Source: Candidatus Fermentithermobacillus carboniphilus (lineage in GTDB: Bacteria > Bacillota > Sulfobacillia > Fermentithermobacillales > Fermentithermobacillaceae). Taken from it: a stretch of DNA of 64,000 bases. The translations under genes were made by a program, and so were the position numbers. Shown here one piece after another: positions 28,265 to 37,840 of the stretch. The stretch lies in assembly GCA_018208355.1 (NCBI GenBank), contig CP062796.1:237217-301216 (forward strand). The letters run 5' to 3'. The notes under the pieces are model-generated. The model did not search any database. It was not told where the DNA came from and saw only the letters and a list, made by a program, of their open reading frames with translations. The number at the start of each line of letters is the position of its first letter. Within the stretch, counting starts at the first letter, position 1.

Positions 28265-29902
28265 CTACAAATATGCTCTGTTATTCTTTTCTCTCTGTCT
28301 TGATTCCAGTAGCTTCTCCGCCAAAGAAATCTGTTCCACAACTCGTTCAGGAGCAGTACCTCCAGGGGATCTCCTGCGGTTGACGCAAGCTTCAGGAGAC
28401 AATGAACCGTAGATGTCATCGGAAAACTCCTCCGAAAACTTTCTCAGCTCATCAAGGGTAAGCTCCTGTATGGGGATCCCCTTTTCGATGCAGTATTTCA
28501 CCACGTTCCCGGTGATGTGGTGAGCCTGCCTGAACGGGATGCCCTTTCGCGCAAGGTAATCAGCTACTTCCGTCGCGTTGCAATGGCCAGCCGCAAGAGC
28601 TGCAGCCATTCTTTCCCTTCTTACTGTCATAGTCCGGAGCATACCCGCACAGGCATCCAAACAGGCTTTCAACGTATCGACGGCATCAAAGACCCTCTCC
28701 TTATCCTCCTGCATATCGCTATGATAGGCCAGGGGAAGTCCTTTCATCACACAAAGAAGGCTCATGAGATCGCCGTAAACTCTTCCCGTTTTGCCCCTCA
28801 CCAGCTCCGCCACATCCGGGTTTTTCTTCTGCGGCATCATGCTGGATCCAGTGGCATAGGAGTCGTCCATTTCCACATAACCGAATTCAGCCGTAGACCA
28901 AAGAACCAGCTCCTCGCAAAGACGACTGAGGTGCATCATACAGATGGCCGCGGCACTCAAAAACTCAAGGAGATGATCTCTATCACTCACCGCATCTATG
29001 CTGTTCTTGAATACCCCTTTAAAGCCCAGCTTTTCTGCGGAATAGTATGGGTCGATGTTGAACGTGGTTCCCGCGAGAGCACCGGCTCCAAGAGGCGATA
29101 CCAACGTCCGTTTCTTGGTATCGAGGAATCGTTCAACATCCCTTTCAAGCATCCAAAAATACGCCATGAGATGGTGGGAGAAAAGTACCGGTTGTGCGTG
29201 CTGAAGATGAGTATATCCGGGCATTATCACCTCAAGGTTTTCTTTGGCCCTTAGGAGCAGCTCCTCTTCCAACCTGACGATTCCCACTACTACTTCATCA
29301 ATCTGTCGCAAGAGGTATATCCTCTCATCTAGAGCAACCTGATCGTTCCGGCTCCTCGCGGTGTGGAGTTTGCCCCCTGCCGGACCTATCTTTTCAATGA
29401 GCCTCTTTTCGATATTCAAATGGATGTCCTCGTGTTCTTCCCTGAAAACAAACTGGCCGCTGTCGATTTCAGCCCGTATCTCCCGGAGCCCTTCTATGAT
29501 GGACTTTCCCTCATATGGGGCAATGATCCCTTGACGGACCAGCATCTCGCCGTGAGCAATACTTCCTTCGATGTCCTCTCGATAGAGGCGCCAGTCAAAT
29601 CCTATCGAGGCGGTAAACGCCTGCACCTTTTGATCAGGAAGCTTGGTGAACCTTCCTCCCCACGCCTTTTCTTTCGGCGACGCGGTTCTGCCTGTGTCGC
29701 CCTCTGATGAATCCCTGCCCGCCAAATTCATATTGCTTTGGTGGCCAAGCCCGGATTCGGGCCGAAGGACTGATGAATCCCCATCCTCCAAATTCATACC
29801 CGTTGAACCTGCACGTGTTGAATTCCCGCCCGGTGACTCCACGCTTGTCGAATCCGCTTCTGCCGAGTCCACCGGTTCCCGGTTCATGCCCGTCGAATTC
29901 AC
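28265..29902 (-). CDS. argH: argininosuccinate lyase with ~75-aa repetitive N-terminal extension
   Basis: WGGRF at residue ~80, then a full ArgH (fumarate lyase signature GSSMMPQKKNPD). GTG start 18 nt after the argG stop with RBS GGAGGGAG and an 8-nt spacer. N-terminus is S/T/G/N/E-rich with 3 imperfect repeats (STGMN.E). Confidence 0.75.
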   Translation of the reverse strand: MNSTGMNREPVDSAEADSTSVESPGGNSTRAGSTGMNLEDGDSSVLRPESGLGHQSNMNLAGRDSSEGDTGRTASPKEKAWGGRFTKLPDQKVQAFTASIGFDWRLYREDIEGSIAHGEMLVRQGIIAPYEGKSIIEGLREIRAEIDSGQFVFREEHEDIHLNIEKRLIEKIGPAGGKLHTARSRNDQVALDERIYLLRQIDEVVVGIVRLEEELLLRAKENLEVIMPGYTHLQHAQPVLFSHHLMAYFWMLERDVERFLDTKKRTLVSPLGAGALAGTTFNIDPYYSAEKLGFKGVFKNSIDAVSDRDHLLEFLSAAAICMMHLSRLCEELVLWSTAEFGYVEMDDSYATGSSMMPQKKNPDVAELVRGKTGRVYGDLMSLLCVMKGLPLAYHSDMQEDKERVFDAVDTLKACLDACAGMLRTMTVRRERMAAALAAGHCNATEVADYLARKGIPFRQAHHITGNVVKYCIEKGIPIQELTLDELRKFSEEFSDDIYGSLSPEACVNRRRSPGGTAPERVVEQISLAEKLLESRQREKNNRAYL

Positions 29903-29920
29903 GTTGAGTTCTCCCTCCGG

Positions 29921-31132
29921 TTACAAGTTGGAACTCCTCTTTCTCACCGAGGAGTACACCTTGGTAGGAAGACCCCAGATATCTATGAAACCTTTGGCAG
30001 CTTTGTGGTCAAAGGCGTCCTGTTTGTCATAAGTTGCGAGGGAGTAATCATACAGGCTAAACTCGGACTTCCGCCCGACAACGGTAACACTACCCTTAAA
30101 TAGCTTTAACCTTACGGTGCCGGTCACGGTGTCCTGGGTCTTATCGATGAAGGCGTCCAAGGCTTCCCTCAAGGGAGAAAACCAGAGCCCGAAGTATACT
30201 ATCTCGCTGTACTTCTGGTCGATTATCGATTTAAACTGGGCAAGCTCCCTTGGAAGGGTAATGGACTCAAGATCCTTGTGGGCTGTGATGAGGGTAACAG
30301 CTGCAGGGCACTCGTACAGCTCGCGGGATTTGATTCCCACCAGCCTGTTTTCAACCATATCGAGCCTACCTACGCCGTGTTTCCCGGCAATGGCGTTTAG
30401 GGCGGAAACGAGTTCGACCGGGCCTAATGTGCTACCGTTGAGCGAAACCGGGACCCCTCTGGAAAATCCGATTTCCAAGTATTCGGGGACATCGGGAGCT
30501 TTTTGGGGATCCTGCGTCCACCGCCATGCATCTTCCGGCGGTTCGGCCCACGGGTCTTCAATCTGCCCGCATTCTATTGAACGGCCCCAGAGATTCTGAT
30601 CGATGCTGTAAGGGCTCTCCTTATTGACAGGCACGGGAATTCCGTTGGTTCTCGCATACTCGATCTCTTCTTCCCTTGACATAGGCCATTCCCGAACAGG
30701 TGCAATTACGGTCAAGCTTGGGTTCAATGCCGCAACAGATACGTCGAACCTCACTTGATCGTTACCCTTTCCTGTACACCCGTGAGCGACCGCTACTGCC
30801 TCTTCTTCCGCAGCTGCTTGGACCAGTAGCTGTGAAATGAGTGGGCGTGAAAGGCCGGCAGATAGCGGGTACTTTCCTTCGTACAGGGCATTGGCTTTCA
30901 GCGCCTTAAAAGCGAAATTTACTAGGAAGGTTTCTTTGGCGTCAACCACGCGACATTTGCATGCGCCCACACTCAGGGCTTTGGCCTTGATTGCCTGTAA
31001 GTCCTTGTTTTCCCCGAGGTCAGCCACCAAGGCTATGACGTCCATGCTGTACTTGTCCTGCAACCACTTGATACATACCGACGTATCTAATCCTCCGGAA
31101 TACGCCAAGACAACCCTATCTTTCCCTGACAT
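29921..31132 (-). CDS. argG: argininosuccinate synthase
   Basis: Trimmed to [18 protein letters not shown] (PP-loop). RBS GGGGGAG. Confidence 0.85.
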   Translation of the reverse strand: MSGKDRVVLAYSGGLDTSVCIKWLQDKYSMDVIALVADLGENKDLQAIKAKALSVGACKCRVVDAKETFLVNFAFKALKANALYEGKYPLSAGLSRPLISQLLVQAAAEEEAVAVAHGCTGKGNDQVRFDVSVAALNPSLTVIAPVREWPMSREEEIEYARTNGIPVPVNKESPYSIDQNLWGRSIECGQIEDPWAEPPEDAWRWTQDPQKAPDVPEYLEIGFSRGVPVSLNGSTLGPVELVSALNAIAGKHGVGRLDMVENRLVGIKSRELYECPAAVTLITAHKDLESITLPRELAQFKSIIDQKYSEIVYFGLWFSPLREALDAFIDKTQDTVTGTVRLKLFKGSVTVVGRKSEFSLYDYSLATYDKQDAFDHKAAKGFIDIWGLPTKVYSSVRKRSSNL

Positions 31133-31424
31133 ATGCTTGCTCCCCCGTTGAAAGTTTGGCAAAACTATACACCATAGTGTATATAGATGCAAGGTCAATT
31201 TTCTGTGTGTTACGGGATAGTGACATTGTCGCCCTGTAAGTGCCTAGGGAAAATGTCACCATAGAGATAAGGTATGTTTTCCTGAGTACCGAGAGGAACA
31301 CCAAGGCTGTAGGCAATGGAGCCAATCTTGAATAGTAATGCCACGATTGGTCAAGCAGCAGAGTACCAGAAAAGGTTGAAACTGACCCTTGGAGTATTTA
31401 CGCTGGCAGCGAACTCGGGATGTT

Positions 31425-32010
31425 CAAAGAGTAACTCAAAAGAGCGGGTTAGAAATCTATGATCCCCTTTATCACCTCGAACTCGAGACTCGGCTACTTT
31501 CCTCTCTCCCCCAGAAATGCCTCCAGGTTCCCTGAAACTGCACAGAGGCCCACCCGTATGCTGCTGTAACCACTTGTTCCTGCGGTATACCGGGATACAA
31601 AATTGCGTACCGCCAGTCTGATCCTGTTAGCTTTTCTCGCGTCAATCGATTCCCGGGGGGTTACAAGAGAACCCGGTCTTCTGTACCTCACCTCAACAAA
31701 GACGAGAGATGTCCTTCAAGCGCAACTATATCTATTTCCCCATATCTCGAGACGAAATTCCGGCAGAGGACACGGTATCCGTTCTGCTCCAGGTACCTGC
31801 AGGCTTGTTGTTCTAATTGAAAACCAAGTTCGCGGGGACTTCGCCGTCTTGTTTTGCTGACTCCTGAAGCGATTTTAGTTCTCGAGTGTCTGAGCACCCC
31901 AATTATCCGTTCCCTACCCTAAAGCAGTTTTTTCGTGTTATGCCTTCCCAGGCGACATGAGAGTGTATCATGACTCAAATATCCTCTGCCTGTACGAAAG
32001 CGCTTCTGCA
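31425..32010. repeat. direct repeat copy 1 (~585 bp; comM 3' end + yraN), degenerate
   Basis: Aligns with 37255..37840, e.g. aaatctatgatcccctttatcacctcgaactcgagactcgg and gcgacatgagagtgtatcatgactcaaatatcctctgcctgtacgaaag. Confidence 0.7.
31494..31897 (-). pseudogene. yraN-family (UPF0102) endonuclease gene, frameshifted duplicate copy
   Basis: Two adjacent ORFs (31688..31897, 31494..31691) together are colinear with the intact 151-aa YraN homolog at 37276..37731, about 90% nt identity; one frameshift. Confidence 0.65.
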
Positions 32011-32436
32011 ATGTGTTCTCCCTCAATTCTCGCTGAGCCCGAGAGATTCGCTATAGTCGTTGCCACTCTGATGACTCTGTACTAAGCCGTGACAGACAGC
32101 TCCATCCGGTTATATGGCCTAGCGGTATGCTAGGAAACTGGTCGTTCGGAACCTACTGCGTAGGATGAAAACCATCTGGGTCTGTATCATAATCTGTATC
32201 ATAAGAGGTAGAAAGACAGAATACCAAATACTCTCCTACTTACTGGAAATTAGCATAACTGGCAGGAATTTTACCCACTATCGTCGAATTGCCATATGAA
32301 CACCTCTGGGAGGGATGAGACTTGAACGGGCCGTCTTTAAGTACGCCTTACCATTAAGATGCTTTTGAGTATCAGCTTGACATAAGTACTGACATGACCC
32401 TCGTAGATGCGGGAATTCTAAAAGGAGGGTGCACTT

Positions 32437-33237
32437 ATGAAGCGAGCACTAATTCTCATGTTCACGATCGCCCTGTTGATTACTCAAAACTGGGGAGTGG
32501 TGTTTGCCTCGAGTAGTGAGCACCGACTTGGTGTCAATGAAATGCTTGATCTTGCCGAATCTGAGATCCGACAGTCAGTTAATCGCTATGTCGCCCAATA
32601 CATGGAACGGCTGCAAAATACCATAGACAGTGGAGACGCAACCATCTTGGGACGGACTGAACCCGGCGGCGGAATAGAGGAAGACGTCTACTTAGGACAG
32701 AGTCAGGATTTGTACAGCGCCGATTCAGGTGATTGTGGCATCTCATCGTCTGCGGGGTTCTACACTGGAGCTTCTACGTACAACCTTGGCTCTGCCCAAC
32801 AGGCTAAAGCCAAAGGAACATGTGCGGGAATTGGACAGGGAACGCACTGGGCATGGATCGGCGAGTTTTTCCAGGTTCAAGGAACGGGATCTCAGTTATG
32901 TTCCATAAACGTACCCGTCAATCTCTATGGGGATATGTCAACTTTTCAAGGCACGGCAGCAGTTAGAGCCCAACTTGTAATCAAGGACATAACTGAAAAC
33001 CTGGAATATACCGAGATAATCGAGGACTACAGCATAAGTTCAACTGGCAGTAAGACCTTCAATGGTAACAGCTATTCCCCCACCAAGGATGTATACCTTC
33101 GAGGTGGACACTCTTATCTAGTATACGTTTCCATTGCTACTTCAGTAGATTGTGGTTTTGGCTGGTCCACAGGTAAATCCGATTTCTACGGAACTGGGTT
33201 TGGAATTGTATATTCCAGGATTCGCCTAATATTCTAG
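32437..33237 (+). CDS. secreted hypothetical protein (signal peptide; G/S/T-rich, Cys-containing)
   Basis: RBS AAAGGAGGGTG. MKRALILMFTIALLITQNWGVVFA signal peptide. Markedly AT-richer DNA than its surroundings. No recognisable domain. Confidence 0.6.
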   Translation: MKRALILMFTIALLITQNWGVVFASSSEHRLGVNEMLDLAESEIRQSVNRYVAQYMERLQNTIDSGDATILGRTEPGGGIEEDVYLGQSQDLYSADSGDCGISSSAGFYTGASTYNLGSAQQAKAKGTCAGIGQGTHWAWIGEFFQVQGTGSQLCSINVPVNLYGDMSTFQGTAAVRAQLVIKDITENLEYTEIIEDYSISSTGSKTFNGNSYSPTKDVYLRGGHSYLVYVSIATSVDCGFGWSTGKSDFYGTGFGIVYSRIRLIF

Positions 33238-33302
33238 AACCAGGCAAGATGGGGTGGGTGTCAGCAATCTGGCTGCTACCTGGTCAGGAGAGTGGAAGTC
33301 AA

Positions 33303-33701
33303 ATGATTTACCGATTGGTGATGATTGGGCTTGCCATTTCGGCGGTGCTCAACATCCAGAAGATCCTATACATGGTGGAGGCCTTCCTCTCAGTTCCTGA
33401 TAACCTGTCTATGGCTGTTCCGGCCATCGTGATTACGATTGGTGGCTATCTAGGTGTTTTGTGCCTAAAGAGGTATAACATCGAGAGCAACACGGGCAAA
33501 GACACCAAGAGCAACCTGGAAAGAGATGTGGTCTTGTCCTTAACTGCGACCGCTCTCATGCTCAATCCTGTAGGCTGGTTTGCAGCATCTATAATGAGAT
33601 ACGACTTGACAGGTTGCATAATCTCTGGAGCTTTGCTATTAGTAAATTCACCCATTGCATACCGTCTTGTCAAACGCATCGGCAGTCAAGGCCCTCTCTA
33701 A
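33303..33701 (+). CDS. 4-TM membrane protein, hypothetical (possible partner/immunity for the upstream secreted protein)
   Basis: Follows the secreted-protein gene in the same AT-rich islet. Start chosen at MIYRLVMIGLAISAVL after GGAGAGTGG. Confidence 0.45.
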   Translation: MIYRLVMIGLAISAVLNIQKILYMVEAFLSVPDNLSMAVPAIVITIGGYLGVLCLKRYNIESNTGKDTKSNLERDVVLSLTATALMLNPVGWFAASIMRYDLTGCIISGALLLVNSPIAYRLVKRIGSQGPL

Positions 33702-34608
33702 TGCTCGCAGCTGCTCCCGGATACTCTCCTTCTAAACTTTCTGCCAGCCTTTTAAGGGCAGCCACTGCTTTCTCGGCATCTTCCTCAGCCCAGGCTGCTC
33801 GAAGTCGCTGCTGAACCCATAAATGATGGGTCTTGGGTAAATGCCCTCTCAACAAGGTCTTCCAAGAGCGCTTTGCAGACAGTTGGGTTTTCGGTAGCAC
33901 CTTCCCGAAGCCCCAAGATGTGCTTACACCCTTCGCTGTCGATCCCCAACGCTTCTACGACTGTATGTCTGAGATAACGACTCCATCGATGAATAGCACC
34001 AGCAAGTCCAGGTCGTTCAATGGCCGACTCAGAAGTTCTCCCAGCGCTTTTCTAGTCATTTTAACAAACCGTCGGCTCAGGGTACTCTTTGATATGCCAA
34101 CTGCTTCTACAGTAGACCCAATATCCTCTAAACCAGAGAGGTAACACCGGCACGACAAACCGTGTATCATTCGCTCCAAGATCGCTCGAGACAGCATGTC
34201 TTCTTCCTGAAATGCCTTATACACCTCAAGTTCAACTTTCCGCCTATCGACGGTCCGAGCCCTTGGTCGCTGGACTTTAACCTTACGAGCTCCCAGGACG
34301 ATTTCACCTGTCTCGTATCCGTGCCGGTAAGCCTGTCTATTGGGATTGTGCTTCCCTTCTTCTCCGACCTTCATGGTCAGCTCAATTTCCATCAATTTTC
34401 TGAACATTTCCCGCTCGACCTGAACTGCAAGCGCCAATAGACCTTCCTTTGCCGCTTTGGCTAGGCTCACCAAGGAAGCCAACACATCTTGACAGAAAAT
34501 TCTCTCCCAGAACGCTTTCTCCGGTTTCTCGATTTTCTGCTTTATTTTCGGGTGCTTCTCGTGATATTCTGACACTGGCGCTTCTCCTTTTTGTTTTTGA
34601 GTTTCCAT
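33670..34608 (-). mobile_element. IS256-family transposase remnant (internally deleted, DDE core missing)
   Basis: 33955..34608 encodes an IS256 N-terminal region; 33670..33900 encodes an IS256 C-terminal tail (AWAEEDAEKAVAALKRLAESLEGEYPGAAASI). Separate frames; the middle of the gene is lost. Confidence 0.6.
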
Positions 34609-34802
34609 TTTCCTGTTGTAACATAACAGTCTGGAGAGCCGCCATCAAATTCCACGAAACGTGGGACATGCTCCCGGCGACATTAGCAACTGGTAGAGCA
34701 AGAAGTAGGCGGTAAACCCCAGTCGGTTGCGCCGGATGCGTAGTCCGAGTTCATCGAACACGTTGCGCTGGAATCGGTACATCAGGAAGCTTAACAAGAG
34801 GT

Positions 34803-35924
34803 TCAGGGGCAGCACCAGGAGTGTGTACGGACCAACGATGTAGTACTTTCCAAAAAAGCTAACACCATCCCGGGGATCCAAGCCAGGGTGAATACAAGGT
34901 CCACTACGGGGATCAGGAGGTCAATTCCCGTGAGAAACTTCGATAGTAGCCGCGGCTGCCACCACGGTCTCATCGCTCCAATGCCTTCCAGCATCCCCCG
35001 GGCCCAGCGCGCCCTCTGGCGACTGAAGTGCCTCCATGTCTTCGGGCTGGTAGTAAAGGCTATTGCTCTTGGCTCAAAGTAAATGCGGTATCCCCTCCCG
35101 AGTAGCTTCCAACTCAGGACAATGTCTTCCCCAATCGCGTCAGGCCAGCCGCCAACTTCACGAACAGCCCGCGTCTTAAAGAGGCTGAATGCTCCCTGGG
35201 CCACCAAGGTGCCCTGGTAAAGACCTTGCACTCTTTTCACCGACGCGATTCCAAGAAAGTAGTCCCACTCCTGAATCCTCGTCCAGAAGTTATCGCGGCT
35301 GTTCCGGACCAACACGTGACCCCCTACAGCACACACATCGTGCGGGGAACTTTCGAGCCTCGCCACGATGTGCCTGAGGGCGGAGGGATGAAGAAGCGTA
35401 TCCGCATCCAGCGTTGCAAAGTATTCGGTGTCCACTGCCTCCAACCCCGCATTTAGGGCAAAACTCTTACCACGCCGCTGCTCATACACGACCTGCAACG
35501 GCAGGTCCAACTCCATCGCGGCGCGCTGGGCCACAGCGGCAGTACCATCGGTTGACCCATTGTCAGCCAGGACTACTCTTATAGGACCGCGGTAATCCTG
35601 CCGGGCAATGTACCGTAGCGTCATAGCAATGTTCCGTGCCTCATTGTACGCCGCGACCAGTACGGTGACCGGCTTGTCTGGGTTGTTGTCCTTTGGTGGG
35701 GGTTGACGATCCAACAAGAGGCTGATTCCCAAGAAGCTGTTGAGATAGCCCGGCACATAGGCTATGAACGATATCAGGAAAAGAGCAAGTGGAAAACCGA
35801 CCGCGCACGCGAGATCTTCCAGCCAGCGAAGCGACAAACGGACCGACAAAGCAACCCAAAGCACGGCCCCCACCTGGGCAACCCAGAACTTGGTCGTTAC
35901 AGGTATGTATCTTTTCAACCCCAT
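34803..35924 (-). CDS. family-2 processive beta-glycosyltransferase (PgaC/IcaA/BcsA-like), probably C-terminally truncated
   Basis: DxD region LDADTL, QRARWARG (QxxRW), N-terminal TM helices. Ends ~60 aa after QxxRW, next to the IS256 remnant. Confidence 0.65.
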   Translation of the reverse strand: MGLKRYIPVTTKFWVAQVGAVLWVALSVRLSLRWLEDLACAVGFPLALFLISFIAYVPGYLNSFLGISLLLDRQPPPKDNNPDKPVTVLVAAYNEARNIAMTLRYIARQDYRGPIRVVLADNGSTDGTAAVAQRAAMELDLPLQVVYEQRRGKSFALNAGLEAVDTEYFATLDADTLLHPSALRHIVARLESSPHDVCAVGGHVLVRNSRDNFWTRIQEWDYFLGIASVKRVQGLYQGTLVAQGAFSLFKTRAVREVGGWPDAIGEDIVLSWKLLGRGYRIYFEPRAIAFTTSPKTWRHFSRQRARWARGMLEGIGAMRPWWQPRLLSKFLTGIDLLIPVVDLVFTLAWIPGMVLAFLESTTSLVRTHSWCCP

Positions 35925-36421
35925 ATTCCGTTTGCTCTCCAACTGCTAGCCCAGTATCGGTAACGAACCCCACTTTGCCCGGGCAAAGATCCCGCACCCT
36001 CCCGCGGCCGTGCTTGTTTTCTTCCTGCGCCGCCCACCGATACGTCAGCTCACCACTGACCGGCACGCGGACGCCTTATGCTTCTGCAACACGCGCACGG
36101 GAATCAGCCCGAGTATCCTGTACTAACCGCCCTTGGCCGACTTGAGGAGGGACAAAGTTGGAATGCCCGTGTCAAGGAACACCCCGATCTCGGCCCGCAC
36201 CGCATCCGAACTCGCACGCCGAGTGCCCGGCACTTTGTGCGGCGTTCCCCCCGGCCTTCTGTTTTGCCCCGGCATCGCCGTCGGGCAACTCGACCAGCCA
36301 ATCATCCTTCGATACAAGCCACTTCCCGCGCCTAACCTTGCCCGCTTCCAAAATCCCGACTGGGGCCCCCGAACCGGCCATCAATGCTGGACATCAACCC
36401 TGCGCCTTCCTGCCCTTCTTG

Positions 36422-37006
36422 TCAGCTGCTACAGCCCCCTGCCCGCGCTTCACGCAACCCGCTCTTGCCATCCCGTTTAGCCCTGTACAACATGCGGTCT
36501 GCCGCTTGTAGCAGCTCCTCCAGCGTCGCGCCGTCCTCCGGCCATGCAGCTACTCCGCCCGAGAGGCTCGTTTCGACCCTCGCTTCCCGAGACACGGACT
36601 CCACGGCGTCTCTCAGCCTTCGCATGACTAACTCTCCGTTTTCCCGGCTGCCAGTCACGACAACGGCAAATTCGTCCCCGCCGTATCTCGCGACCGCGTC
36701 CTCGTGCCTTATAGCCCCTTGCATTGCTTCGGCCACGCGCTGCAGGATACGGTCTCCGACCAAGTGGCCGTGTTTGTCGTTCACCCGTTTGAACCCGTCA
36801 AGGTCCACTAGTACGACCGCAAACTTCTTCCCTTCCGCAACCAACCTATCAATCAGCTGGTACAGCGACCGGCGGTTGAGCAGCCCCGTGAGCGGGTCGC
36901 GCTGTGCGAGGCGCAGTAACTCCTCGCTCCGTGCGATGGTGGGAAGAAAAAGCACGCCACACCCGCGCTGCGATACTTGCTGCGTTGTGGGGGCCAGTTT
37001 GGGCAA
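36422..37006 (-). CDS. GGDEF-domain diguanylate cyclase fragment (no sensor domain; likely N-terminally truncated)
   Basis: RDPLTGLLNRR ... RYGGDEFAVVV. The ORF begins about 30 aa before the domain. Upstream is a GC-rich 480-nt non-coding stretch. Confidence 0.55.
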   Translation of the reverse strand: MPKLAPTTQQVSQRGCGVLFLPTIARSEELLRLAQRDPLTGLLNRRSLYQLIDRLVAEGKKFAVVLVDLDGFKRVNDKHGHLVGDRILQRVAEAMQGAIRHEDAVARYGGDEFAVVVTGSRENGELVMRRLRDAVESVSREARVETSLSGGVAAWPEDGATLEELLQAADRMLYRAKRDGKSGLREARAGGCSS

Positions 37007-37140
37007 AGGATTTTGCCGCTATCCTCAGTATGACCGTGCTCCTGTCTCTGTCGGCTTTTCATGAGGTGAGCAGCACGATGGTCAAAACCAGATATGGGAC
37101 GAGACCGTACATGACCCGCCCTTCCTTGTGAGTGTTGCAA
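36990..37140 (-). pseudogene. fragment duplicating the 5' end of the split PF03773 permease gene (26440-26573)
   Basis: ggattttgccgctatcctcag...ctgtcggcttttcatgag...ccgtacatgacccg matches 26445-26575; encodes ...RVMYGLVPYLVLTIV. Confidence 0.5.
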
Positions 37141-37254
37141 GTGGGTTCCCCGTACAGGGCAGAAGCAGTCGAGGCTCTTTGCGCTTCAGTAGCACAAATT
37201 ATCCTTGCCAAAAAACTTTTGTGTACTTCTGCTTGGCGTTTCACCGGCAAGGGT

Positions 37255-37840
37255 AACGTAACTTAAGAGATCGGGTTAAAAATCTATAATCCCCTTTATC
37301 ACCTCGAACTCGAGACTCGGCTTCTTTCCGCTCTCCCCACGAAATGCCTCCAGGTTCCCTGAAACTGCACAGAGGTCCACCCGTATACTGCTGTAACCAC
37401 TTGTTCCTGCCGTACGCCGGGATACAAAATCGCGTACCGCCAGTCTGATCCTGTTAGCCTTTCTGGCGTCAATCGACTCCTGGGGGGCTACAAGAGAACC
37501 CGTTCTTCTGTACCTCACCTCGACGAAGGCGAGGGTATGTCCTTCAAGCGCAACTATATCTATTTCCCCATATCTCGAGACGAAATTCCTGCAGATGACG
37601 CGGTATCCGTTCTGTTCCAGGTACCTGCAGGCTTGTTCTTCTACTTGAAAACCCAGTTCGCGGGGACTTCGGCGTTTTGCTTCACTGGCTCGTGAAGCGC
37701 CATATAGTTCTCGAGTGTCTGAGCACCTCAACTATCCGTTCCCTACCCTAAAACAGTCTTTTCGTGTTGCGGCTTCGAAGGCGACATGAGAGTGTATCAT
37801 GACTCAAATATCCTCTGCCTGTACGAAAGGGCTTCTGCTA
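37255..37840. repeat. direct repeat copy 2 (intact comM 3' end + yraN)
   Basis: See copy 1 at 31425..32010. Confidence 0.7.
37276..37731 (-). CDS. yraN: YraN-family (UPF0102) endonuclease
   Basis: CRYLEQNGYRVICRNFVSRYGEIDIVALEGHTLAFVEVRYR, typical of UPF0102. Sits downstream of comM. TTG start assumed. Confidence 0.65.
   Translation of the reverse strand: MRCSDTRELYGASRASEAKRRSPRELGFQVEEQACRYLEQNGYRVICRNFVSRYGEIDIVALEGHTLAFVEVRYRRTGSLVAPQESIDARKANRIRLAVRDFVSRRTAGTSGYSSIRVDLCAVSGNLEAFRGESGKKPSLEFEVIKGIIDF

Noticed and set aside
36384-37064. 226-aa plus-strand ORF and several 60-120-aa ORFs at 35640-36520
   Set aside because: GC-rich region gives open frames on both strands. Ser/Pro/Ala-rich translations lie antisense to the GGDEF gene.
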